NCBI GenBank assembly: GCA_965202805.1
Contig: OZ241869.1
Coordinates: 1,312,001 to 1,376,000 of the forward strand
Source: Longimicrobiales bacterium
GTDB lineage: Bacteria; Gemmatimonadota; Gemmatimonadetes; Longimicrobiales; Gaopeijiaceae
Reading direction: 5' to 3'
Length of the DNA stretch: 64,000 nt
This document shows, one piece after another, positions 1-8,897 of the stretch. The notes below the pieces were generated by a model that searched no databases, was not told the origin of the DNA, and saw only the letters and a list, made by a program, of their open reading frames with translations. The position numbers and the translations under genes are program-made. Position 1 is the stretch's first letter; the number at the start of each line of letters is the position of its first letter.

Positions 1-565
1 CTCCCAGCAGCACCTCGATGGCCGCGACCCGGTTGTTGGCGGCGGCGAAGATGAGGGGGGTCTGCCCCCACGCTCCCTCGCGCCCGTTCACGTCGGCGCC
101 GGCTTCGGACAGCGCTCCGACCACGTCCGGATCGCCGGTGGCCGCCGCCAGATGAAGCGGCGTGGCGCCCGAATTGGTCGTGCTCGCGTTGGGGTCGCTC
201 CCCGCGTCCAGAAGCAACTCCACCACCGTCGCGCCCGCGCCCCGGGCAGCCAGGTGGAGGGGCGTGTAGTGTCCGATTCGGGTGCCCGCATCCACCCGCG
301 CGCCCGCATAGAGCAACACGTCCGCCAACTCCGCGTCGTCTCGCTCGGCGGCCCAGTGCAGCGCGGTCATGCCGTCGCCCTGGGGCGCGTTCACGTCCGC
401 GCCCTCGCGCAGCAGGCGCCGCACCGCCTCCACGTCGCCCCGCGCCGACGCGTCCGCCACGGGCGCGTCCGACCAGCCGCCGCCGAGAAGCAGCAGCGGC
501 AGGATCGCCATGCCCGGGAAGCGGGCCCGCACCGGCCGCCCTCCCGGGAACCTCCCCGGCTTCAC
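1..565 (-). CDS. Ankyrin-repeat protein with signal-like N-terminus, 3' end beyond window
   Basis: My translation from GTG 565 (GTGA overlap with DUF1552 stop): ...MAILPLLLLGGGWSDAPVADASARGDVEAVRRLLREGADVNAPQGDGMTALHWAAE...GHYTPLHLAA. These are classic ankyrin motifs. Not in the ORF track because it is truncated. Confidence 0.9.
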   Translation of the reverse strand, partial: MKPGRFPGGRPVRARFPGMAILPLLLLGGGWSDAPVADASARGDVEAVRRLLREGADVNAPQGDGMTALHWAAERDDAELADVLLYAGARVDAGTRIGHYTPLHLAARGAGATVVELLLDAGSDPNASTTNSGATPLHLAAATGDPDVVGALSEAGADVNGREGAWGQTPLIFAAANNRVAAIEVLLG

Positions 566-1959
566 GACGTCACCGGCACGGTCAGGGAGAACTCGCCGGT
601 GGCATCTCCGAAGGTGACCAACTCCTCGTGGCCGAGCTTGTGCAGCAGCGTGGTGAACACGTTCGCCATAGGCGTTCCGTCCGGGGCCTTCAGGTGCAGG
701 TTGCCTGCCAGCTGGCCGTTCGCCCCGCCCAGGATCACCAGCGGGCAGCGGCGGTGGTTGTGCAGGTTGGCGTCTCCCATGGGCGAGCCCCAGATCACCA
801 TGGACCGCTCCAGCAGGCTCATCTCCCCGTCCATCGTCTCCTGCAGCCGCTCCAGCAGGTACGCCAGCTGTCCCGTGCGCCACTGGCAGATCGTGTTGAA
901 TTCGAGGATGGCCTCCTCGTTGCCGCCGTGGTGGGAGGCGGGGTGGAACGCCCGGTCCGAGCCGCTCTCCGGGAACCTCCGGTTGGACGCGTCCCGTCCC
1001 ATCTTGAGCGAGGTGACCCGCGTTGCATCCGTCTCGAAGGCCAGCACCTGCAGGTCGATGAGGAGACGCATGTGCTCGGCGAAGGAGTCGGGCACGCCGG
1101 GGGGCGCACCGGGCAGTTCACGCGGAGCCCCGCTGGTGTTGCGCTCCTCCACCCGCTCGATGCGCCGCTCGATCTCGCGGACGCTGTCGAGATAGCGGTC
1201 CACGCGCTGCAGGTCGACCGCGCCCAGCTGACGCCTGAGATCGGCCACCTCGCCCACGACCCAGTCCAGGATGCTCCCGTGGGTCCGGCGCCGGCGCGCG
1301 CGCTCATCCGCGCTTCCCCCCGCCCCGAAGAGAATGTCGAAGGCCGTGCGCGGGCTGCGGATCATCGGCAGCGGCACGTCGGGCGACGCCCAGCTGATGG
1401 AATCCATGTACGAGCACGAGTAGTTGTAATCGCAGCCGCCTCCCGCATCGGTGGGCTCGATGGAGAGCTGGAGCGAGGGCAGCACCGTCTCCTGGCCGAA
1501 GCGCTGCGCGTGCAGCTGATCCAGGGAGGTCCCGCAGTAGATGTCGGACCCCTGGGTCTGCTTCGGATGCGATTGCGTCAGGAACACCGCGCTGGAGCGG
1601 AAGTGGTCCCCGCCCACCTCGGGGGGCGCGAACGCCTCCGCCATGCGCACGTCGGTGTTGCTGATGATGGTCATGTAGTCACGCCACGGCTCGAGCCCCT
1701 TCAGCACGTTGACGTCGCTGAGCTCGAAGTCCCGCCCCTGGGTCACCGGGGCGAAGAGATGCTGCCGCGCGCCCCACTCGTTGCAGCCGGGGACGCCGTG
1801 CACCTCCTCGATGCAGATCAGGCGTGTCGGCTCGCCCGCCGCGCGCCCGCGCGCGATGCCGGCCGGGATCATCGCGTCCAGCAGCGGAAGCGAGAGTGTG
1901 GCGCCCGCGCCACGCAGGAAGGTTCGGCGCGGAAGAGCCTTGCCAGTCAGAAAATGCAT
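562..1959 (-). CDS. DUF1552 (HXWSHH) family protein, Tat-exported
   Basis: Twin-arginine signal RRTFLRGAG; motifs YSCSYMDSISW and FHPASHH; start ATG 1959 (MHFLTGK). Confidence 0.88.
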   Translation of the reverse strand: MHFLTGKALPRRTFLRGAGATLSLPLLDAMIPAGIARGRAAGEPTRLICIEEVHGVPGCNEWGARQHLFAPVTQGRDFELSDVNVLKGLEPWRDYMTIISNTDVRMAEAFAPPEVGGDHFRSSAVFLTQSHPKQTQGSDIYCGTSLDQLHAQRFGQETVLPSLQLSIEPTDAGGGCDYNYSCSYMDSISWASPDVPLPMIRSPRTAFDILFGAGGSADERARRRRTHGSILDWVVGEVADLRRQLGAVDLQRVDRYLDSVREIERRIERVEERNTSGAPRELPGAPPGVPDSFAEHMRLLIDLQVLAFETDATRVTSLKMGRDASNRRFPESGSDRAFHPASHHGGNEEAILEFNTICQWRTGQLAYLLERLQETMDGEMSLLERSMVIWGSPMGDANLHNHRRCPLVILGGANGQLAGNLHLKAPDGTPMANVFTTLLHKLGHEELVTFGDATGEFSLTVPVTS

Positions 1960-2041
1960 GCCACGATCCACGATGAAGGATGACGAACGCGAACCCGCCC
2001 GGGCCGCCGACGGTCGACGGCCCGGCGCGCGGGCATATCAA

Positions 2042-4510
2042 TCAGAATGTATCCCGAATCCCGGTGTTCTCGCCATCGGCGAGCGCCAGGGCCTGCTTCA
2101 TGCGGAAGGCATCGCTCATCACCACTCCGATGACGAAGGACGACATCCGGTAGTCGTTGCGCTCGGCCTCCCTCGCGATGGCGCGCACGGCAGGCTGGTC
2201 CCGATAGTCGATGCCCCGTCCCAGCGCATACGCCATCAGGCTCTGGGTGAACTGCCGGACCAGCGGAATGGGGCGCTTCAGCAGGACGCGCGAGAGGTCG
2301 GCCGGGGTCTCGATGTCCGTGCCGTCGTAGTAGGTGCTCCGCGTGTCGAGCGGGGCGCCCTCCTCGCGGATGCGCCACTTGCCGGTCACGTCGAAGTTGT
2401 CGAGCGCAAGCCCGATCGGATCGATCAGCTCGTGGCAGGAGGCGCAGTCCGGACTGTCGCGGTGGGCCTCCAGCCGCTCGCGGGTCGTCAGCACCTTGCC
2501 GTCGCGGGCGCTCGCGGTCTCCTCCAGGTCGGGAATCCCGGGAGGAGGAGGCGGCGGCGGCGTGCCCAGCAGCACCTCCATCACCCACAGGCCGCGCAGC
2601 ACGGGCGAGGTGCGGTTGCCGAGCGAGGTCTGGACCAGCATGCTGCCGTGGCCGAGGACGCCGCGCCGGCGATCGTCGGGGTAGTCCACCCGCCGGAAGG
2701 CCTCGCCCCGCACGCCGTCGATGCCGTAGTGCCGCGCCAGCCGCTCGTTCACGAAGGTGTAGTCGGCGCTGTAGAGCTCGAGCAGGCTCCGGTCCTCGCG
2801 GATCAGGTTGTGGAAGAAGAGCTCGCTCTCGCGCCGCATCGCCTCGGCGAACTGGCGGCTGTAGTTCGGAAAGCGAAACGCGTCCGGGCTCACCTTCTCC
2901 ACGTCCTGCAGGCGCAGCCAGAGCGACGCGAAGCGGGTGGCGAGCGCCTCCGAGCGCGGATCCGCCAGCAGTCGGCGCGCCTCGGCTTCGAACCGGACGG
3001 GATCCGAGAGTGCCCCGTCCCGGGCCGCGGCCACCAGTTCGGCATCCGGGCCGGTGCCCCAGAGGAAGAAGGACAGGCGCGCGGCAAGGTCTTCGCCTGC
3101 GAGCGGATAAACCTCGCCGGGGGCCACATCCTCGGGTTCCCGCTCCATGCGGAAGAGGAAGTGCGGGCTGGAGAGGATCGCCTCCAGGGCCGTTCGGACG
3201 CCGGCCTCGAAGCCTCCGTCCTCGGAACCCATCTCGTAGAAGACGAGGAGATCGCTCACTTCGCCCGCGTCCACATCGCGGCCGTAGGCTTCCGACGCCA
3301 GCCGCGACACGATCTCGCGGGCGCACGGCTGCTCTTCGGCGGCCGCGGTGGGCCGGCACGAGAAGACGCGCCGCCGGGCATCGAAGTCCGAGACCCCGGT
3401 CGGGTTGTGCGGCCCCTCGACCGTCAGGCTCATCATGTGCGGAAGCGAGGTGGTGCCGTAGCTGGTCTCGGTGCCGGTCAGGGACCAGTCGTGGGGACGG
3501 ATCAGATCCTCGTAGGGGCCGTCCATCCTGCGGATGAAGGCGGCGGTAAGGCGGTGCTCCCCCGCGCGCAGGGGGATGGGATCGGTGCGCACCGGGAAGC
3601 CCTTGCGCCCCTGGAAGTCGATGTCGCCCCCGTAGCGCAGCAGCGCCACCCGCTCCCCGTTGACGGAGATGTCGATGTCGTGGTCGCGCTCGCCCCATCC
3701 CGACATGAAGCTCATCGAGAAGATGTACTCGCCGTCGGCGGGGAAGGAATGCAGCACGCTCACCCCGCCGCGGGTGCCGAAGGGCGCCCCTTCGACCCGC
3801 TCCCATTCGTGCTGGGACACGGAGGGCGGATTGTTGTAGGTGACCGAGATGGTGGCCGCGTCGCGGTCGCCGATGGCGCGGCGGGCGATGTCGCTGGCGC
3901 CGGCCAGGTACGCGTCCATCAGGGTGGGGGTGAGCGTCTGGGCTTCGGCGTTGTTGTCGAAGCTCTCGCTGATGCGGTCCGGCGGCAGCCAGTCCTCCGG
4001 GTCGACGGTGAGGCCCAGCAGGTCATGGATCACACGCGCGTACTCGGCGCGGTTGAGGCGCTGGAAGGGGCGGGTGCCCGCGTACGGCCTGGCCGCCGCC
4101 GCCTCGTCCACCACGTCCTCCAGGTACTGCGCCAGCGCCTGCAGGGTGTCGTCGGGGGGGCGCCGCTGGCCGGGGGGCGGCATCATCCCCGCGCGCAGCT
4201 TGCGGATCATGCGCTCGGCGACCTCGGCGTTCTCGTCCGCGCGGGTGACGTCGAACCCCTCCAGCGACAGGTTGCCGCGCATGCGGCGCTCGCTGTGACA
4301 GCGGGTGCAGTAGCGCTCGACGACGTCTTCGACCGGGGCGGAACCGAGGTCGGCGGGGAGAACGGAATGGGCGCCGCCGTATGCGAGATATGCGTCCGGG
4401 GCAGAACCATATGACGCGTCGGCCGGACCGGCGGGCCCACCGTCGCCTGCTCCTCCCGCGACCAGCACCACACCCCCCAGCGCCACCGCGGCGGCCAGAA
4501 CCTTCATCAC
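2042..4510 (-). CDS. DUF1592-cluster protein (DUF1587/1595/1592/1588/1585) with two c-type heme motifs
   Basis: Signal peptide; CTRCH and CASCH; RLNRAEY, LSSPHFLFR, LAARLSFFLW, RTSPVLRG, IDPIGLALDNFD motifs. Confidence 0.9.
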   Translation of the reverse strand: MMKVLAAAVALGGVVLVAGGAGDGGPAGPADASYGSAPDAYLAYGGAHSVLPADLGSAPVEDVVERYCTRCHSERRMRGNLSLEGFDVTRADENAEVAERMIRKLRAGMMPPPGQRRPPDDTLQALAQYLEDVVDEAAAARPYAGTRPFQRLNRAEYARVIHDLLGLTVDPEDWLPPDRISESFDNNAEAQTLTPTLMDAYLAGASDIARRAIGDRDAATISVTYNNPPSVSQHEWERVEGAPFGTRGGVSVLHSFPADGEYIFSMSFMSGWGERDHDIDISVNGERVALLRYGGDIDFQGRKGFPVRTDPIPLRAGEHRLTAAFIRRMDGPYEDLIRPHDWSLTGTETSYGTTSLPHMMSLTVEGPHNPTGVSDFDARRRVFSCRPTAAAEEQPCAREIVSRLASEAYGRDVDAGEVSDLLVFYEMGSEDGGFEAGVRTALEAILSSPHFLFRMEREPEDVAPGEVYPLAGEDLAARLSFFLWGTGPDAELVAAARDGALSDPVRFEAEARRLLADPRSEALATRFASLWLRLQDVEKVSPDAFRFPNYSRQFAEAMRRESELFFHNLIREDRSLLELYSADYTFVNERLARHYGIDGVRGEAFRRVDYPDDRRRGVLGHGSMLVQTSLGNRTSPVLRGLWVMEVLLGTPPPPPPPGIPDLEETASARDGKVLTTRERLEAHRDSPDCASCHELIDPIGLALDNFDVTGKWRIREEGAPLDTRSTYYDGTDIETPADLSRVLLKRPIPLVRQFTQSLMAYALGRGIDYRDQPAVRAIAREAERNDYRMSSFVIGVVMSDAFRMKQALALADGENTGIRDTF

Positions 4511-4641
4511 GCCTCCTCCCTCAAGCGGGCGCTCCTCCAGAGCATCCGCCTAATCTAACCGAGCGCGACGTGCGGAAAAGCCCGCGACTTCCCACTATGT
4601 TCGGATTTCAGGCTCATCTTCTAGACAGGGCAGAGGGATTC

Positions 4642-7344
4642 ATGAACGACCGAGCAGGCGGATCGATGAACGGTGGATGGCGGCTTTTCCCCGGTTCCCT
4701 GGCTGTTGCGCTCGCGTTCCCGGCTCAGGCGGCGGCCCAGGAGGGCGCCATCGAGGGCCGGGTGACGGACATGGAGACGGGCGAGCCGGCAGCTTCCGCA
4801 TCCGTCCAGGTCCTGGGCCGGGGCGCGACCACTGCCATCACCGACGCCTCCGGCGAATTCCGCCTCGTCGTGCCGGCCGGCCGCCATTCCCTGCTGGTGA
4901 CCCTCATCGGCTACGAAAGCGCGCGCACCGACGGCGTGACCGTGGAGGCCGGAGCCGTCGCTCCGGTCGCCATCGAGCTTCGGTCGCGCGCGCTGGTGCT
5001 CAACCAGCTGGTGGTGACCGTATCGCGCCGCGAAGAGAAGGAGCTCGACGCCCCGGCCTCCGTCTCCACCCTGACCAACCAGCAGATCTCCCGCATCATC
5101 GCGCGCACTCCCGCGGATCATGTGAAGACGCTCCCCGGGGTCGACCTCGCGTCCACCGGGCTCACCCAGAGCTACGCGGTCGTGCGCGGCTTCAACAACG
5201 TGTCCTCGGGACGGTTGCTGAGCATCGTCGACAACCGCTATGCGCGCATCCCGGCGCTCCGCATCAACGCCATCAACATGATCCCGACCACCGACATGGA
5301 CATCGAGCGCATCGAGCTGGCGCGCGGTCCGGGCGCGGCGCTCTACGGTCCCAACGCGGCGGAAGGCGTCATGCACATCATCACGTACTCGCCCATCGAC
5401 AGACCGGGGACGACCGTCTCTCTCGGCGGGGGCGAGCGGTCGGTCGTGCAGTTCCTGCTGCGCAGCGCGCACGCGGTCTCGGACCGGTTCGGGTTCAAGG
5501 TTTCGGGGCAGTATCTCCGGGGGAAGGACTGGGAATACGAGGACCCCTGGGAGGTGCAGGCGCGAGAGGAGCAACCCGACCATCCGCGCATCGGCGTGCG
5601 CAATCCTCTCAACGAGCGCTTCTTCGGCGACCTTCGCGCGGACTATCGCTTCGCGGACGATGGCGAGTTCATCGTCTCCGGTGGGCTCAACAAGTCCCTG
5701 AGCAGCATCAACCTCACCACCGTCGGCTCCGCCCAGACGCACGACTGGCAGTACCGCTACGCGCAGACCCGGCTGCTCAAGGGGCGGTTCTTCGGGCAGT
5801 TCTTTCTGAATCAGACACACTCGGGCGACAACAGCTACCTGCTGCGCAGCGGTGACCCCATCGTCGACCGGTCCCGCATCGTGGCCGCCCAGCTGCAGCA
5901 CGGCTTCGATCCCGGTGAGCGCCAGAGCTTCACCTACGGGATCGACTGGCAGCGCATCGAGCCCCGCTCCCGGGGCACCATCTACGGACGCAACGAAGAC
6001 GACGACATCCTGGTCGAGGCGGGCGCCTATCTGCACTCCGAGACGCGCCTCGGCGACAGGTTCGACCTGGTGACCGCGTTCCGCGTCGACGATCACAACC
6101 GTCTGCCCGGCTTGAACTTCTCACCCCGTGCCGCGCTGGTCTTCCGGCCCGCCGAAGGTCACAACCTGCGCCTCACCTACAACCGCGCCTTCGCCAATCC
6201 CTCCACAGCGTCGCTCTTCATCGACATCCACACGGGCAGGCTGCCGATCGTGCCGGGCATCGGCTACGACCTGCGCGCCCTCGGCGTCCCGGGAGACGGC
6301 ATGAGCTTCCCGGCCCAGTGTCCCGGCGGACTCATGGACTACTGCATGCACTCGCCCTTCATGCCGGGCCGGCTGCCCGCGAACGCCGCGCCCTTCTGGG
6401 ATGCGCTGGTGACGCAGTTCGCTCCCGAGCTGCTGCACCCGTTCCTGACGGGCCCCGGGAATCGGCCCGGCGACCCGGCGCTGGGCACGGTCTTCCGCCG
6501 CTTCGATCCCAACGCGCTCGGTGTCGAGGGCGGCGACATCTTCCCGCTCGACCCGGGACCTGAAGCGATTCCTCCTCTCGTCGCCACGACCTTCAACACG
6601 GTCGAGGCGGGATACAAGGGACTGATCCGGGATCGCGTAAGGGTGGCCGCGGACGTGTACTTCGCCAACGTCGAGAACTTCGTGAGCTCCCTGGATGTCG
6701 AAACCCCGAACGTGTTCCTGGATCCGGCCTCGGCGGGTGCTTTTCTGCAGAGGCGGCTCGGCCCGCTGGTCCAGGCGGGGCGGGTGGCGCCCGACCAGAT
6801 CGCCGAACTCACAGCCGGCCTGGCGGCCGTGCCGCTGGGGGTCGTCGCGGCGGACCGGCTCGACGCGCCCGCCATCATCCTGAGCAGCCGCAACTTCGGA
6901 TCGGCAAGCTACTGGGGAGCCGACCTCTCCGCCCAGTACCTGGTCTCCGACCGGCTCAGCCTGACCGCCGGGTACTCGTTTCAGAACACGGATTGCTTCG
7001 ACTTCGACGACGATGGCCACTGCCCCGGCCCGGACGACCTCGCGCTCAACGCCCCGCGCCACAAGGGCTCCCTGGGCTTCGCCTACACCGACCGCGCCGC
7101 GGGCTTCATCTTCGACGGACGCTGGCGCTTTTCCGACGCCTTCGACATGAGCTCGGGGGTCTTCAGGGGACGGGTGGACGCCTATCAGGTAGTGGACGTT
7201 ACAGCAGGTTATCAGCTTCCTTTCCAGCCCAACACGCGCCTCGAACTCACGGTCTACAACGCGCTCGGCAACCTGCATCGGGAGTTCGTGGGCGCCCCTG
7301 AGCTGGGCCGGCTGGCGCTGGTGAGGGTGCGCTACGACCTCTGA
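4642..7344 (+). CDS. TonB-dependent receptor
   Basis: Signal peptide, N-terminal carboxypeptidase-regulatory-like domain, plug motifs (VVRGF; IERIELARGPGAALYGPNAAEGV), C-terminal beta-strand VRVRYDL. Start at ATG 4642 or 4666. Confidence 0.92.
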   Translation: MNDRAGGSMNGGWRLFPGSLAVALAFPAQAAAQEGAIEGRVTDMETGEPAASASVQVLGRGATTAITDASGEFRLVVPAGRHSLLVTLIGYESARTDGVTVEAGAVAPVAIELRSRALVLNQLVVTVSRREEKELDAPASVSTLTNQQISRIIARTPADHVKTLPGVDLASTGLTQSYAVVRGFNNVSSGRLLSIVDNRYARIPALRINAINMIPTTDMDIERIELARGPGAALYGPNAAEGVMHIITYSPIDRPGTTVSLGGGERSVVQFLLRSAHAVSDRFGFKVSGQYLRGKDWEYEDPWEVQAREEQPDHPRIGVRNPLNERFFGDLRADYRFADDGEFIVSGGLNKSLSSINLTTVGSAQTHDWQYRYAQTRLLKGRFFGQFFLNQTHSGDNSYLLRSGDPIVDRSRIVAAQLQHGFDPGERQSFTYGIDWQRIEPRSRGTIYGRNEDDDILVEAGAYLHSETRLGDRFDLVTAFRVDDHNRLPGLNFSPRAALVFRPAEGHNLRLTYNRAFANPSTASLFIDIHTGRLPIVPGIGYDLRALGVPGDGMSFPAQCPGGLMDYCMHSPFMPGRLPANAAPFWDALVTQFAPELLHPFLTGPGNRPGDPALGTVFRRFDPNALGVEGGDIFPLDPGPEAIPPLVATTFNTVEAGYKGLIRDRVRVAADVYFANVENFVSSLDVETPNVFLDPASAGAFLQRRLGPLVQAGRVAPDQIAELTAGLAAVPLGVVAADRLDAPAIILSSRNFGSASYWGADLSAQYLVSDRLSLTAGYSFQNTDCFDFDDDGHCPGPDDLALNAPRHKGSLGFAYTDRAAGFIFDGRWRFSDAFDMSSGVFRGRVDAYQVVDVTAGYQLPFQPNTRLELTVYNALGNLHREFVGAPELGRLALVRVRYDL

Positions 7345-7365
7345 GGGGAAGGCAGGCCGGAGCCG

Positions 7366-7480
7366 TGCCGAATCGCCCGCTGAGAAAGCGCCGAATCACC
7401 CGCTGACTTCTTGCCATTTCACCCGTTGCAATCGTGCCGAAACACCCGTTGACTTCTTGCCGAATCGCCCGTTAGATTGA
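7366..7480 (+). repeat. Five tandem degenerate 23-bp direct repeats (core TGCCGAATCRCCCGYT)
   Basis: Units start at 7366, 7389, 7412, 7435 and 7458: tgccgaatcgcccgctgagaaag / cgccgaatcacccgctgacttct / tgccatttcacccgttgcaatcg / tgccgaaacacccgttgacttct / tgccgaatcgcccgttagattga. Confidence 0.92.
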
Positions 7481-7507
7481 TTGCCATTCGTATTTAGTAA
7501 TCAATCT
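7474..7507. promoter_or_regulatory. AT-rich inverted repeat AGATTGATT-N16-AATCAATCT, candidate operator or unwinding element
   Basis: Perfect 9-bp arms at 7474-7482 and 7499-7507 in a low-GC patch, between the repeats and the ATPase start. Function is inferred. Confidence 0.5.
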
Positions 7508-7550
7508 TTGCAATTGCTTGGGCGATTCACCCCGACTTCGGATCAGTTCG

Positions 7551-8801
7551 GTGCAATACCTTCCCAGAATCGTCGACAGAGAACTGGTCGATCGGCTTGC
7601 AGGCACGGGTGCCGTTGTGGTCGAGGGCCCCAAGACCTGCGGAAAGACCGCCACCGCCCGAAACGTGGCTGCGAGCGAAGTACTGCTCGACGTAGACCAG
7701 AACGCCAGGCGCATGGTCGGCGTCGATCCCTCGTCCGTCCTCAAGGGCGAAACTCCGCGTCTCATCGACGAGTGGCAGACCGAGCCCGCCATCTGGAACC
7801 ACATCCGGCGCGCCGTCGACGATCGAGCCTCTCCCGGACAGTTCATTCTGACCGGTTCGGCCGTGCCCGCGGATGAAATAACGCGTCACACCGGGGCCGG
7901 ACGCCTTACGCGCCTCCGCATGCGTCCGATGTCGCTCTTCGAGGCGGAGCATTCGTCGGGAGAAATCTCGTTGCGGCGACTGCTCCACGGGGATCTGCAG
8001 CGCTCGGCAAGGTCCCGACTCAACGTCGGCAAACTGGCAGAGATAGTGTGCGCAGGCGGCTGGCCCGGTCACGTCGGCCGCCCTCTGCCCCAGCGCCTGC
8101 GCATGAACCGGGATTACCTCAACGAGATCCGGCGCGTCGATATCTCGCGAGTCAGCGGGGCGAACAGAGACCCCGTCAAGGTGGGACGTCTCCTGCGGTC
8201 CCTGGCCCGGAACGTGGCCACGCCCGCCGCCATTTCGACCCTGGTTGCCGACGTACGCGGCAGCGGAACGACGATGAAGACGGACACCGCCGCCGAGTAC
8301 CTCGAAGCCCTCGAACGGCTCCTGATCGTTGAAGACCTCCCCGCATGGCAGCCCCACCTGCGTTCCAGAACGACGCTCAGAACGACCCCGGTGCGACACT
8401 TCGCGGATCCCTCGCTCGCGGCTGCCGCCTTGCGCGCCACGCCTGTGCGACTCATGGAGGACCTCGAATACTTCGGTCTGCTGTTCGAATCCATGGTCGT
8501 GCGCGATCTGCGCGTCTACGCCCAGACGTTGGAGGCCGAGGTCTTCCACTACCGGGAAAAGGGCGGCCTGGAAGCAGACATCGTCGTCGAAGCGGACGAT
8601 GGACGCTGGGCGGCGTTCGAGGTGAAGCTCGGCGACCGCTGGGTGGAGGAAGGTGCGGCGACGCTGCGCAGAGTGGCCGACCGCATGAAGCGGGGCGGCC
8701 GGGGCGGGCCCGCCGCGCTGGCCGTGATCATCCCCAACGGCTACGGTCATGTGCGCCCCGGAGAGGTGGGGGTCATTCCGGTGGGAGCGCTGGGTCCATA
8801 G
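7551..8801 (+). CDS. AAA_14 ATPase with DUF4143 domain and C-terminal PD-(D/E)xK-like nuclease fold
   Basis: YLPRIVD N-terminus (GTG 7551), Walker A GPKTCGKT, Walker B LIDEWQ, FILTGSA, HTGAGR, GGWP, HFADPSLA, LFES, EADIVVE...FEVKLG. Confidence 0.92.
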   Translation: MQYLPRIVDRELVDRLAGTGAVVVEGPKTCGKTATARNVAASEVLLDVDQNARRMVGVDPSSVLKGETPRLIDEWQTEPAIWNHIRRAVDDRASPGQFILTGSAVPADEITRHTGAGRLTRLRMRPMSLFEAEHSSGEISLRRLLHGDLQRSARSRLNVGKLAEIVCAGGWPGHVGRPLPQRLRMNRDYLNEIRRVDISRVSGANRDPVKVGRLLRSLARNVATPAAISTLVADVRGSGTTMKTDTAAEYLEALERLLIVEDLPAWQPHLRSRTTLRTTPVRHFADPSLAAAALRATPVRLMEDLEYFGLLFESMVVRDLRVYAQTLEAEVFHYREKGGLEADIVVEADDGRWAAFEVKLGDRWVEEGAATLRRVADRMKRGGRGGPAALAVIIPNGYGHVRPGEVGVIPVGALGP

Positions 8802-8897
8802 CCGCCGGATGGGCTGGCAACGCCCCAATGTCGGATGGCTTTCAACTACGGGAGCGGATCTCATGGCGAATCTCTTCCAGTCGAGGGAGCGGGTTTC

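Noticed and set aside
1709..4414. 901-aa plus-strand ORF, and similar long ORFs at 7527-10280, 27470-30283, 41567-44185, 44320-47391 and 53971-56298
   Set aside because: Antisense shadows of well-supported genes, expected in high-GC DNA; no recognisable motifs.
7366..7480. CRISPR array
   Set aside because: Period is only 23 bp with 7-bp variable parts, repeats are degenerate, and there are no cas genes in the window.
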